Virus record (IMG/VR): IMGVR_UViG_3300025009_000050
Coordinates: 1 to 64,000 of that record
Strand: one strand, 5' to 3'
Length of the DNA stretch: 64,000 bases
Below are positions 27,212 to 37,025 of this stretch, in pieces. The translations under genes and the position numbers were made by a program. Positions within the stretch are counted from its first letter, which is position 1. Every line of letters begins with the position of its first letter. The notes beneath the pieces were generated by a model, which was not told where the DNA came from, searched no databases, and worked only from the letters and a program-made list of their open reading frames with translations.

Positions 27212-27930
27212 TGAAACCACGGGCTGTATTAGAGATTCACGCAGATAGCGTGAGATTAATTGAACATGATGAAAATGGGATTTCTAAAACAAGGCAAATT
27301 TCACCGGATGGCCTTGCTCAAGCAGTTGCCAATGACTTTCGGCATGATACAGGTATCATGCCTTCTCCTCACGGAGTTGTGAGGATGATTAAGAAAAACG
27401 CTAGCACTTTGATAGTATATCAGATACCTGAAACTAGAAGGCGTATTAGTTATCAGGATGAAGGCTCTGTAGGAGTTTACAAGAATGTGCTTGTACCTAG
27501 CTGTGTATTTATATTTATTCTTAATCAACATCAAAATGGAGAATATATGTTAAGATTAAGCCATGTATATGCTGCTAAGGGTCCAATACTCATTACAACA
27601 GATACATTGTGTCGCTTCCCATTCACCAATGTTCAGGACGATGCTAATATATGTTGGGGTGGACATAGCACAGCAAAACAATGGAGGAATCTTGCCGGTA
27701 TATCTGGGTTCGTTGAGCAATTCTTTAGCTCAAATTTTAATGCGCACCTTGAGAACAGTAACTTCTATCCGTTGGCTGTGCAAACACCTAATGGCAGGAC
27801 AGTAAGGGTTGACAGGGTTCATAGCCTAATTAAACATCTTGATGGTGTTGCTACATTCCCGTATGAAATCCTTAAACCGTTAAGGTCTGTAGCAAGCATA
27901 ATTCAAAATTTGGAAGGAGAATTGAGATAA
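27211..27930 (+). CDS. Prokaryotic E2-like protein (Prok-E2 family D / PRTRC B-like)
   Basis: VLVPSCVFIF...LCRFPFTNVQDDANICWGG...FFSSNFN; PFxNV...ICWG signature with Cys. Confidence 0.8.
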   Translation: MKPRAVLEIHADSVRLIEHDENGISKTRQISPDGLAQAVANDFRHDTGIMPSPHGVVRMIKKNASTLIVYQIPETRRRISYQDEGSVGVYKNVLVPSCVFIFILNQHQNGEYMLRLSHVYAAKGPILITTDTLCRFPFTNVQDDANICWGGHSTAKQWRNLAGISGFVEQFFSSNFNAHLENSNFYPLAVQTPNGRTVRVDRVHSLIKHLDGVATFPYEILKPLRSVASIIQNLEGELR

Positions 27931-29357
27931 TGTCATTAAAAGATGAGCTGGAAGCTCAGGTTAGAGAGAAAGAAGCACAAAAGGCTGCAAGTAAGGCTGC
28001 ATTAATCAGACAAGCTGCTGATTATCTTATTGATGTTCCTGCAGAAGGTCTTACCAAGGCTGTTAACTACATCATGACTGCGGATGGTACAAAGATGGTA
28101 CGGCACACTGGAATGGGTGACTTTGTAATGATACCGGAGACTGTTCCCGGCTTACAAAAACTTAAGTTAGGCTTGAATCTGTCCATTCCTAAGATTCCGT
28201 TTCATATGATTTGCCAGATCCTGAACTTCTTTATAGCTGTTCATGAGAAGGACAAAACCGAAGCGTCTGCTCTAATCTTCTGGGATCAGGACACAAAAGA
28301 GCATTTCATTTACATCCCTGAACAGAAAAACTCTGGTGGACTTTCAGAGTTCCATGAAGATCCGGAAGTAAATCGCTTACGCCTTGATAAAGTTCCTGTA
28401 ATGGAAATCCACAGCCATCATACTATGGGAGCTTTCTGGTCTGGTACTGACAATGCCAATGAAAATGCAGCTCAGTGCTACATGGTATTTGGTACTATCA
28501 CTACTAGCCCAACTTACCTCACACGTTATGCGTGTGCTGGTCAGCAAGTTAATATCCCCATATGGGAAATCGTAGAGAAACCTGAGATTGCTATGAATGT
28601 AGCTAACCAAAAGTATTTACTTCAGGTACCTGAGGTAATGGGTATATTCCCGAAAGTTAGCTTCCCGGAAGAGTGGATGACGAAGCTAAAAAAGCCCACA
28701 GTAGTTGGTTGGCAAGGTGGAAGAGATTATCTAACCTATGGTAATAACGGTAAAGTAACTACTTTTGGTGCTGGCGCAACTACTGAAGCCATTCCTCAAA
28801 AAAAATGGTATTTTCACGGGGCCGGGACAGACGCAGAAACAAATTCGGAAAAAAAAACTGACGGAGCAGACGTGCACAGACTGCAAACAAATGTATTGTC
28901 TGGACCCGAACACAGAGCGGATGTGCCCAATCAGAGTCGAGTAAAGAATATCATTGATTTTGTTGTGAAAAACTTTGACGATATATCTCTCTCCCAGTTG
29001 ATATTGACAGCAATGTTCTCTGGGAGAGATGTAGTGAGTCCAGTTGAAAAAGGCATTAAGTATATCAACGAAAATCCGAATATGTTTAAGCCTCAACAAG
29101 ATCTTGAAAATTGTTACACCTGTGAGCTCGCAAGCCTGTGTGAAGTATGCAGCGGTAAGTGTTGCGAATGTGATAGAATTAAAGAATGTCAGCCTATTTT
29201 AGATTTTGCAGCTAAGAAAAATCTTGAGGCTGCAAAAACTGTCGAAAGCTGTGATGGACCGGATTGTCCACATTACACCTTTTGTATGTCATGCACATTA
29301 CAGTATCGTTGTTGCGATTGTACAATCGAAGATTGTAAGAATGTGCACTTAAAATAG
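27930..29357 (+). CDS. JAB/MPN metallo-isopeptidase (PRTRC A-like) with Cys-rich C-terminus
   Basis: EASALIFWD...YIPEQ...EIHSHHTMGAFWSGTD.ANE (E...HSH..S..D); two Cys clusters at the C-terminus. Confidence 0.85.
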   Translation: MSLKDELEAQVREKEAQKAASKAALIRQAADYLIDVPAEGLTKAVNYIMTADGTKMVRHTGMGDFVMIPETVPGLQKLKLGLNLSIPKIPFHMICQILNFFIAVHEKDKTEASALIFWDQDTKEHFIYIPEQKNSGGLSEFHEDPEVNRLRLDKVPVMEIHSHHTMGAFWSGTDNANENAAQCYMVFGTITTSPTYLTRYACAGQQVNIPIWEIVEKPEIAMNVANQKYLLQVPEVMGIFPKVSFPEEWMTKLKKPTVVGWQGGRDYLTYGNNGKVTTFGAGATTEAIPQKKWYFHGAGTDAETNSEKKTDGADVHRLQTNVLSGPEHRADVPNQSRVKNIIDFVVKNFDDISLSQLILTAMFSGRDVVSPVEKGIKYINENPNMFKPQQDLENCYTCELASLCEVCSGKCCECDRIKECQPILDFAAKKNLEAAKTVESCDGPDCPHYTFCMSCTLQYRCCDCTIEDCKNVHLK

Positions 29358-29370
29358 TAAGGAGGTAATT

Positions 29371-30231
29371 ATGTCTATACTTGAAAAGACTTACGCACTT
29401 GATTTTGATGCGGTGACCAATAACGCACCGCATCATTACATAATCATAGGTAATGGTGGCACTGGTGGATTCTTGGTACCCAATCTTGTAAGACAGATTA
29501 GTATTAAGAATTACACCCGTAAGGAAGGCCAAAAGCATATGATAACTCTTGCTGATCCGGATAAAGTTGAGGAGAAAAACTTAACTCGGCAAAACTTCAT
29601 TATGCCAGACCTGAATAAAAGTAAGGCTATGGTGCTTGCTGCCCGTTATTCAAATGCCTTCGGAACACCAATCAACGCTCATGATGCTTATGTAGAGACC
29701 AAAGCAGCATTGAAGATGCTTATGGATCTACATAAGAACTGTTATCCGATAATTATCGGTGCAGTTGATAATAATAAGACCAGGCAGTTGATAGCCGATC
29801 TGTTCTATTCCGGTGAGAGAAATATGGTATATCTTGACAGCGGCAACGAACTTTACAATGGCCAGGTAGTATTGGGAGTAAACCATAAGGGAACACTTCA
29901 GGAAGGTAATAATAAACCACATTCATTCTACATGCCTTGTGTCACTGATGTCTTCCATGATGTTATGAATGATACCAATACGAAGTTTACCACAGAATTA
30001 AGCTGTGCTGAGCGGGCTATTAGCCATCCTCAGTCTATGGCAACTAACTCAACAGCAGCAATGTTGATATTCAACTTCTGCAATGTTTTGCTTAACAACA
30101 AGGAAATGGGTGGATTAAGGGTCAATGCAGTTACATTCAATGTAAAGAACAATGGCTTTGATCCAAAACGCAATACCAAGGATCAGTTGAACTTAAGATA
30201 CATTAAGAAGCAAGCTGCTGCCGCTGGCTAA
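29371..30231 (+). CDS. E1-like ThiF-family activating enzyme (PRTRC ThiF-like)
   Basis: IIGNGGTGG, DPDKVEEKNLTRQNF, KAMVLA.RY, GAVDNNKTR, LDSGN, LSCAE. Confidence 0.92.
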   Translation: MSILEKTYALDFDAVTNNAPHHYIIIGNGGTGGFLVPNLVRQISIKNYTRKEGQKHMITLADPDKVEEKNLTRQNFIMPDLNKSKAMVLAARYSNAFGTPINAHDAYVETKAALKMLMDLHKNCYPIIIGAVDNNKTRQLIADLFYSGERNMVYLDSGNELYNGQVVLGVNHKGTLQEGNNKPHSFYMPCVTDVFHDVMNDTNTKFTTELSCAERAISHPQSMATNSTAAMLIFNFCNVLLNNKEMGGLRVNAVTFNVKNNGFDPKRNTKDQLNLRYIKKQAAAAG

Positions 30232-30286
30232 AAGATTTAGTAACTAATACTGGAAGTAATGAGAAAATTCAATAGGGGATATCTAA

Positions 30287-32590
30287 TTGATACGTGTGAT
30301 GCCAAATGGCAATGTTCTTGAGCTCAGGATTTCTGGGTTATCAGGAAGGATTTTTTATGATATAATTGAAACAGTAAAAGCCATCCCCGGTAGAAAGTAT
30401 CGAGATGGTATATGGCTTGTCCCTGTAAATCAAGCAGGGTTGTTACTCGAAGTCTTTGGAGATGAGCTTACTTGGGAAGTTCCATATGAAGAGATAGTAA
30501 AGGAGCCCAGTAAGCCCGAAACACCTCCAATAAAAATTATTGATGTCAATCTTAAGCTAGCTTTATACCCATTCCAGCTAGTAGGAGCTTCTTTCTTAGT
30601 ACATATTAAGAAAGGTCTCCTAGGCGATGAAATGGGTTTAGGTTCGGTCGGAGCCGTCCTAAGATGAAAGTCTTAGGAGTACTAGAGGCGGAATTAAGCT
30701 GGGAAGCTGAGAATGCTAATCAGAACCGAAGGCGTAAGTGGAAACTTACTTGACTATGGTGACATAGTTAATAGCTCTATACCGAGCTAGTCAGGGGCAA
30801 CGCATAGACAGTGAGATAATCTGTCCACGAGGCCGCCCTACCTAAGTCAGCGAATTAGTTTGTGTCTGTGAATAATGCCACTTTGCAAACTATTGGCAAA
30901 GGATGAATGGAACTGCATTGAGTCCAAGATGCAGCAGTCTCGATGCCATGAGTAACATAGTTAAATATGGCACAATGACGGTATAGACGTAGTGAATCTA
31001 TATGAAAATTAATAAACTATATTGTATCTCCAATATAGCTCCTACCAGATAATGCTGAGGATGAAGCGAGAATAGCAGACACTTAATGATATGGTAAAAA
31101 GTTATGCTGAGCTCCCATGAGTTTACATGGGCTCTGGTGGTAGCCACCAGGAGCGAACAAGAAGCTCCAGAAGTAGAGGATAAAAAGCCACTACGATAAC
31201 AAAACTGAAAACTCCACAATCCATAGGTGCTGCGGATTATCTTATTTGTAATGGTTTAGCCAAGAGAATATTGGTAATTTGCCCTGCATCACTAAAGTAT
31301 CAGTGGGAAGATGAGATTGGAAAGTTTACTAACTATAGTGTTACAGTAATTGATGGAGACCTCGGAGATAGAGTTAAAATCTATAAAGAGAACGATAGCA
31401 TCTTCACAGTAATAAACTATGAGTTAGTGCGTCAGGATATGGACTTAGACAGATTAAGAGCATTAGATGCAGATGTTATAATCCTTGATGAAGCACATAA
31501 GATAAAGAACAAGGATGCGATAACAACTAAACAGATTATGCAGTTGGATGCTAAGTATAAATGGCTACTAACTGGAACACCAATGCAGAACCGTCCTGAT
31601 GAATTGTATAGCTTGTTCTCATTTATGAACCCTGAAATATTAGGAAGTTGGACATCATTCAGAAACAGATATATAGTCATGGGAACGAAATTTGGAAGAC
31701 GTGGCATTATATTGGGATATAAAAACCTCAATGAATTACGTGGAAGGATCTCTCTATATATACTGCGTAGACTTGTTGATGAAGTAGCTCCTGAACTTCC
31801 GTCTGTGTTAATTAATAATTTCACAATCCCTATGACAAAAGAACAAGCAGCCCTACATGAGGATATACGTCTTGTCATACGTGATATCATGGAAGAGATG
31901 AAATCATGGGATAAGGACGAGCCGCATCCTAAAGAAGGTCAGCTACTTGGTATGTTCACAATGCTTACTGAAGTAAGTGATTCTCCACAACTACTGTCTA
32001 TGAGTACATCACGGATGGCGTCTAAATTTGCTATTAAATCCACAAAGTCTCCTAAGCTAGATGAGTTATATGAACTTATGCAACTTAAACTGGAAGATAA
32101 TCCAGATTTAAAAGCCGTCATATTTACTCAATTTGAGCGTATGCAGAGACTTATAGTTGAAAGACTTAGTAAACTAGGTGGGTGTAGGGTACTCAATGGT
32201 AAAATGAAACCATATGAAAGACAAGCTGCTATAGACAGATTTAGGTTTGATAAAGATGTGAAGTTCTTTGTCTCTACTGACGCTGGGAACGCAGGAATTA
32301 ATCTTCAAATAGCATCAGTATTGGTAAATTACGATCTTCCATGGAATCCAGCTACATTGAAGCAAAGAATTGGTAGGATACGTAGAATTGGCTCAGAATT
32401 TAAGACTGTCAATGTAGTTAACCTTATATCACAAGACAGCATAGATGAGCGAATATTACAAGTCCTATATTCTAAGACAGAATTATCAGACCAGATTGTT
32501 GAGAAGACTGATCAAGAGAAAGCCATAATATCTAGTCTTACCGGAAACATTATTGACAAACTCACAAAGCAGAAAAGGAAGAGGAAGTGA
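30287..32590 (+). CDS. SNF2-family helicase, split by a group I intron (exon 1 30287-30643, exon 2 31208-32590)
   Basis: Joining the exons restores Walker A LGDEMGLG|KTPQ; also VICPASLKYQW, IILDEAH, LTGTPMQN, FTQF, STDAGNAGINLQ, QRIGRIRRIG. Confidence 0.92.
30644..31207 (+). mobile_element. Group I self-splicing intron, 564 nt, no homing endonuclease
   Basis: Exon ends in U paired to G30653 in P1; terminal G31207; P2 CCTAAGAT-GAAA-GTCTTAGG; P3 GGCGG/CCGCC; P7 GCATAG/TTATGC; P9 hairpins. Confidence 0.9.
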
Positions 32591-33377
32591 TTCCTCTTCC
32601 CATATATTATAGGAGGTATTATATGGAATGTAATAATTGTAAGAGACCTATAACAATCAATAATATCGACTATAAATTCTGTCCGTATTGTGGGAATGAG
32701 ATACGTAATGTTGTCTATGTCAAAATATGCTTTAATCTGCATGAGTATATATTAGCCATACCAGATAATTGGGATGTTAATAATATCTATGATGAACTTA
32801 TAATGTTCTACCCAGGCTTAAAAAGATCTTCTATAACTAAGGTAAGTTATGGTTATGAAGTGAGGTGATAAACTTGAGAACAGCAGCAAAGATATCTCTT
32901 GAAAGACTAAAAGATATAATCAAAAATCTTGTCGATGACTATGATCTTATTGATATGGGAGATATGATCTATGAGTTAAGAACTCATGGTGTTATCTTCA
33001 ATGTCCAATTTGATGAAGAGCCTGCTACAGCAGGATTTAATCCAGATGATTTTACTAACTCTAATGGTGTCCTAATAGGATATAAGACACTAGATAACGA
33101 ATTGTCCTTCTTAGGATTCATATCCAATGGTGAATATGCTCCAGTATTCTCAATCATATATTATGATGGTGTCAGCCTTAAAGGTTATACGCCGAGATTC
33201 GGTAATATAATTAACCCAGAATCAGATGCCGAGTTAAATGATTATAGTAATGATGATGAGAAATACATCAGAATGTATGGTGTAGAATCTGTAGAAGATA
33301 TTACCCTTGATTATCTTGATTGGGAACTTATCCGATCAGATATTATCCACAACATTAAGGTAAGCAATCATGGATAA
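32587..33377 (+). other. Zinc-ribbon protein (32587-32868) and acidic hypothetical protein (~32871-33377)
   Basis: CNNC...FCPYCG in the first; coupled ORFs. Confidence 0.6.
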
Positions 33378-33543
33378 AGCAACTGTGTTAGTAACGACAA
33401 TACTTCTTTATTGCATAACAATACTACTTGCAGTAGTTGTAACAAAGTCTGGATTGCCATTATTGGCTTTCTTTTTCCTTGACCAAATATTAATAGTAAT
33501 ACCTAGCTTATTAAAAAAAGAAATAGATTAAAGGAGGAAACAC

Positions 33544-34610
33544 ATGTATTTTTCAACTGGCAGCGTAGTCACGGTCATAAGAGTCGAGGGTTATAACTAT
33601 GTTATACCTCATGCCACTGAAGCAGATTTACGTACTATCGTTAAAAAGCTTACAGCCAGTGGTTTCTCAAACTCTGTTCACAAAACAGAAGTAACTGTCA
33701 AGTTTGACATAACAGACAAGCTTGCTCAGTTTGATGCTGTCCCCAAACTACCGGCACAAGGAGTTCTAGCATTGTCTGATAACTTTGTGGCAAGAGAGTC
33801 AAAGGAGCTCTTAGAAATTATAGGAGCTGTTATCAGACTTGAAGCACCAGTATTGGTTAAAGAATTATCTCTTGTATCATTTGATGACGGGATAGTAGCC
33901 GTCGAGAACCCTGGTAGTAATGAGGTAGTTTCTAAAGCTACTGGCTATATCGAAGGCGAAACCTTCGTATGTGAATTCGGCGTATTGCCGTTTAAGGGAG
34001 GTAAGTAATGGCTACAGAACTTCATGCTACAGCGGTTAAGCCTATAACTAAGCTTGCCGTAGCAAAGAAAAACTACGATGTTATAAACTTTGATGACATA
34101 AGTTATATTCTTCCGGCTATTGACCAATCAAATAGTCATCTAATGGCTCCTCTTGTTGCATTTTGCAAAAAAGAGGATATTGAGATGACAATGTTAATCC
34201 AGGGAGTAAGCATCTCTCCATTCATTCCTCCGAGCAATGCTAAAGTTACAGAACACCCAAAGTTTAAGATTGACTCTTTTGTCAGGGTTAATAATAAACA
34301 AATAATTGCTCGTATGTCATCCGAGTTACTTGCTATACTCGGTACTGAAGCAGTTGAAATGATGGCTACTAATATAGAAACACAGTCATCAGGTGAAAGT
34401 AAGACAAAGATCATTAAGGACGCAAATGGAAAACTCATCGCAGTCCAAGAAGACCCAAATATCGAAATGGCAATCGTATGGGATAATACAGAGTTTATTG
34501 CTACTAAAGATGCTAAGGGCTACACAGAAGAACAGTATGGAGGATCTGCTAAAGGCAGATTAGTAAATGGGATGTTCGAGTGTAGATATGGGCTGTTAAA
34601 AGTAAAATAA
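33544..34610 (+). other. Two paralogous hypothetical proteins (33544-34008, 34008-34610)
   Basis: Shared V..xxY.Y..P start, ARxS.xLL core, and AxG....xF.C.xG.L..K end. Confidence 0.65.
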
Positions 34611-34620
34611 GGAGGACTTT

Positions 34621-35277
34621 ATGCCTGAAAATTTTGAAGATGCAATCGAAAACTTGTTTAAGCCGAAACCAGTCCATGAGAATGAGCTAAAAGCCGAGAG
34701 CATCAAGGAAGTAGTAGGTATTGACAAGTTGTTTGTCAATACCGAGAAAAAACCTGATGCGCCAAGTGAATCCTACATTCGCTGGATGGGATGTGACGGC
34801 AACTGCAATGATAAATGCAAATGTGACCGCACACTTAGCACAATAAGAGAGAAACTTAGTCCAATAAGAAGAATTATTGTAGATTCAATGGACGGAGTAT
34901 TGTCAATTAACTTGATACAGCTAAATCATATGCATGTGCCCCAAGAACTTATTGATAACATCATAGGTAGCTATGGAAAGCTATACTGTAATAATATCCT
35001 GTATCTTCTGGATTTAACAGTTGGTATTTATATTCCGAAAGAAAACTATCCACAAGAGTTATTGGATATCATGGCCAAGGCAGAACCTGATAATCAACTT
35101 TCACAACAGATCAAAATAATCATGTCAGAACTTTATGCAAGATTTATTGAATGTATCAGAAAAGAACTTGGGCCACTTCCATCAATGGTACTTGATGCTC
35201 CGATGAAGGCATCATTTCACACGGCTAATCTATTCTTAGAGCCTCTGATATCGTTTTGCAAAAGTGAAAAGGGATAG
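34621..35277 (+). CDS. Hypothetical protein
   Basis: 218-aa ORF with AAGGAGG SD. Confidence 0.6.
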   Translation: MPENFEDAIENLFKPKPVHENELKAESIKEVVGIDKLFVNTEKKPDAPSESYIRWMGCDGNCNDKCKCDRTLSTIREKLSPIRRIIVDSMDGVLSINLIQLNHMHVPQELIDNIIGSYGKLYCNNILYLLDLTVGIYIPKENYPQELLDIMAKAEPDNQLSQQIKIIMSELYARFIECIRKELGPLPSMVLDAPMKASFHTANLFLEPLISFCKSEKG

Positions 35278-35979
35278 ATGTACACTATCTCCCGTGAAAT
35301 GGCTTATGATCTTATCCGTATGTATGTTGAACGTCTACATGTTGGCGAAGTAAAACATGGAATGCCGGGAAAGAAGTTGGAGAAGTGGACTGTAGCCAAA
35401 GATGGGCTTACAAGTCTACTTGTCCAAATAAAACTTAATGGCGATGATCCTGACAAAATACTCAATGACATAAAGGAAGAACTTGGTATCCGTTTCTCTC
35501 ACAAAGAATTAATTATAAGAATAGATGGTGCTGCCAGAGGAAATGATAATCCAGATATAGACAATAAGTCTGCACTTGCTTTTATCATTTACGGTGATGG
35601 AAATGAGATAACAAGGTATGCGGAATATATTGGCTCACACATCATTATCCCGAAGAGTGGAATTGACGACGCATCTGTAGCGCGAGCTACTAGTAATGTG
35701 GCTGAATATATGTCCTTGATTAGCTCTCTTGAATACCTGATTGAGAAGGAGATCACTGCTCCTAATATTATATTCTTAAGTGACAGTAATGTAGTTGTCC
35801 AGCAAATTAATGGCACTAATGCTACTAGGGCACCTCATCTTGTAAAGCTTAGGAATAGGGCAAGATTATTATCAAAGCGACTTCCTAACTTTACCATAAG
35901 GCATGTACCTAGAGAAGAGAACGCTGAGGTGGACCTATTGGTGAATAAAATATTAGATGAGCAGGAAACAAATGCTTGA
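35278..35979 (+). CDS. rnhA: Ribonuclease HI-like protein with N-terminal extension
   Basis: IRIDGAARGN, TSNVAEY, SDSNVVVQQING, HVPREENAEVD.L.N. Confidence 0.88.
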   Translation: MYTISREMAYDLIRMYVERLHVGEVKHGMPGKKLEKWTVAKDGLTSLLVQIKLNGDDPDKILNDIKEELGIRFSHKELIIRIDGAARGNDNPDIDNKSALAFIIYGDGNEITRYAEYIGSHIIIPKSGIDDASVARATSNVAEYMSLISSLEYLIEKEITAPNIIFLSDSNVVVQQINGTNATRAPHLVKLRNRARLLSKRLPNFTIRHVPREENAEVDLLVNKILDEQETNA

Positions 35980-36004
35980 AAGATACGTGATTGCATGTTA
36001 TAAT
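35976..36004 (+). promoter_or_regulatory. SigmaA-type promoter
   Basis: TTGAAA-17 nt-TATAAT with TG extension. Confidence 0.7.
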
Positions 36005-36077
36005 ATATATGTAATTTACATCTACTCTAATACTAGGAGAGGCTACGGCCTCTCTTAATTAGTAGAAAGGTGGATAT

Positions 36078-36572
36078 ATGAACTCAAATGGAAAGTTGAT
36101 CCTACTCATTCTATTACTGTTAGTCTCCTTTATTATATCTCTCGTTATTCTTATTAATGATACGACCAGAATAAAAGAAGAATTGTCTATAACAAAACAA
36201 AAACTCGAAGAGGTGAATAGAAGACTGAGAGATACTCAGTCTCAGCTTCAGAAAGCTAGAGAATCTCGTACTCTTAAAGCTCAGCCTTCCAGAGGCAACT
36301 CAAGTTTTATAGCCACTGCCTATACATGGACAGGACAAAAAACTAAAACTGGCACTTGGCCTAAAGTCAATAGAACAGTTGCTGTTGATCCTAAAGTAAT
36401 TCCGTTAGGATCTAAATTGAAAATAGTTTCTGACTATCCAGGTATATCCGGAACATACATAGCTGAAGATACAGGCGGGCTCATACGTGGTTCCAGAATA
36501 GATATTTTTGTAGAAGAAAGTATTGCAAATGACTTTGGCAGAAGGCCAGTCAAATTGAAAGTAGCTAACTAA
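36078..36572 (+). CDS. Membrane-anchored 3D-domain (MltA-like) cell-wall protein
   Basis: TM helix and coiled coil, then ATAYT, TVAVDPKVIPLGS, AEDTGG.I.G.RIDIF. Confidence 0.9.
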   Translation: MNSNGKLILLILLLLVSFIISLVILINDTTRIKEELSITKQKLEEVNRRLRDTQSQLQKARESRTLKAQPSRGNSSFIATAYTWTGQKTKTGTWPKVNRTVAVDPKVIPLGSKLKIVSDYPGISGTYIAEDTGGLIRGSRIDIFVEESIANDFGRRPVKLKVAN

Positions 36573-36591
36573 TGAAGGAAGGAATGACCTA

Positions 36592-37002
36592 ATGGTTGAT
36601 TCAAAAATCATTGAACAATTAAAGCCATGGGTTACTGCATTCAGTGCAGCCGTACCACTTAAGTTTAAGCATGGTGACGAAGTGTGTGTAGGCGGAGAGA
36701 TTGTAGAAATTCAGAATTGGCAGTCTTTCTTTGGAGGAAATACCTTTGGGGAAGGCAAAGATGAAACAAGGTGCGTTGTGAATATCATATTAGATGATGC
36801 TGTAGGACAAACGGAATTAATGTTTATCGATCAAATATATGACATCTATAATGAGAAACACAAGTTTGAGAAGGGTATGGTCGTAATCGCCAAAGGTCGT
36901 GTCTATGTATCCAAGAATAAGAAAGAAAAAATTGGAAACTATAGTAACACGATAGCATGTGGAGAAATCTATCCTCTTGTAAACTGTACTGCAACAGAAT
37001 AA
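36592..37002 (+). CDS. Stand-alone OB-fold protein resembling the DnaE OB domain
   Basis: VCVGGEIVEI...ILDDAVGQTEL..F..Y...KGMVVIAKGRV. Confidence 0.65.
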   Translation: MVDSKIIEQLKPWVTAFSAAVPLKFKHGDEVCVGGEIVEIQNWQSFFGGNTFGEGKDETRCVVNIILDDAVGQTELMFIDQIYDIYNEKHKFEKGMVVIAKGRVYVSKNKKEKIGNYSNTIACGEIYPLVNCTATE

Positions 37003-37025
37003 ACTTAAATAAGGAATGAGGCCAA

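Noticed and set aside
30998-31219. Minus-strand ORF in the intron as a homing endonuclease
   Set aside because: Wrong strand, 73 aa, and no HNH, GIY-YIG or LAGLIDADG motif.
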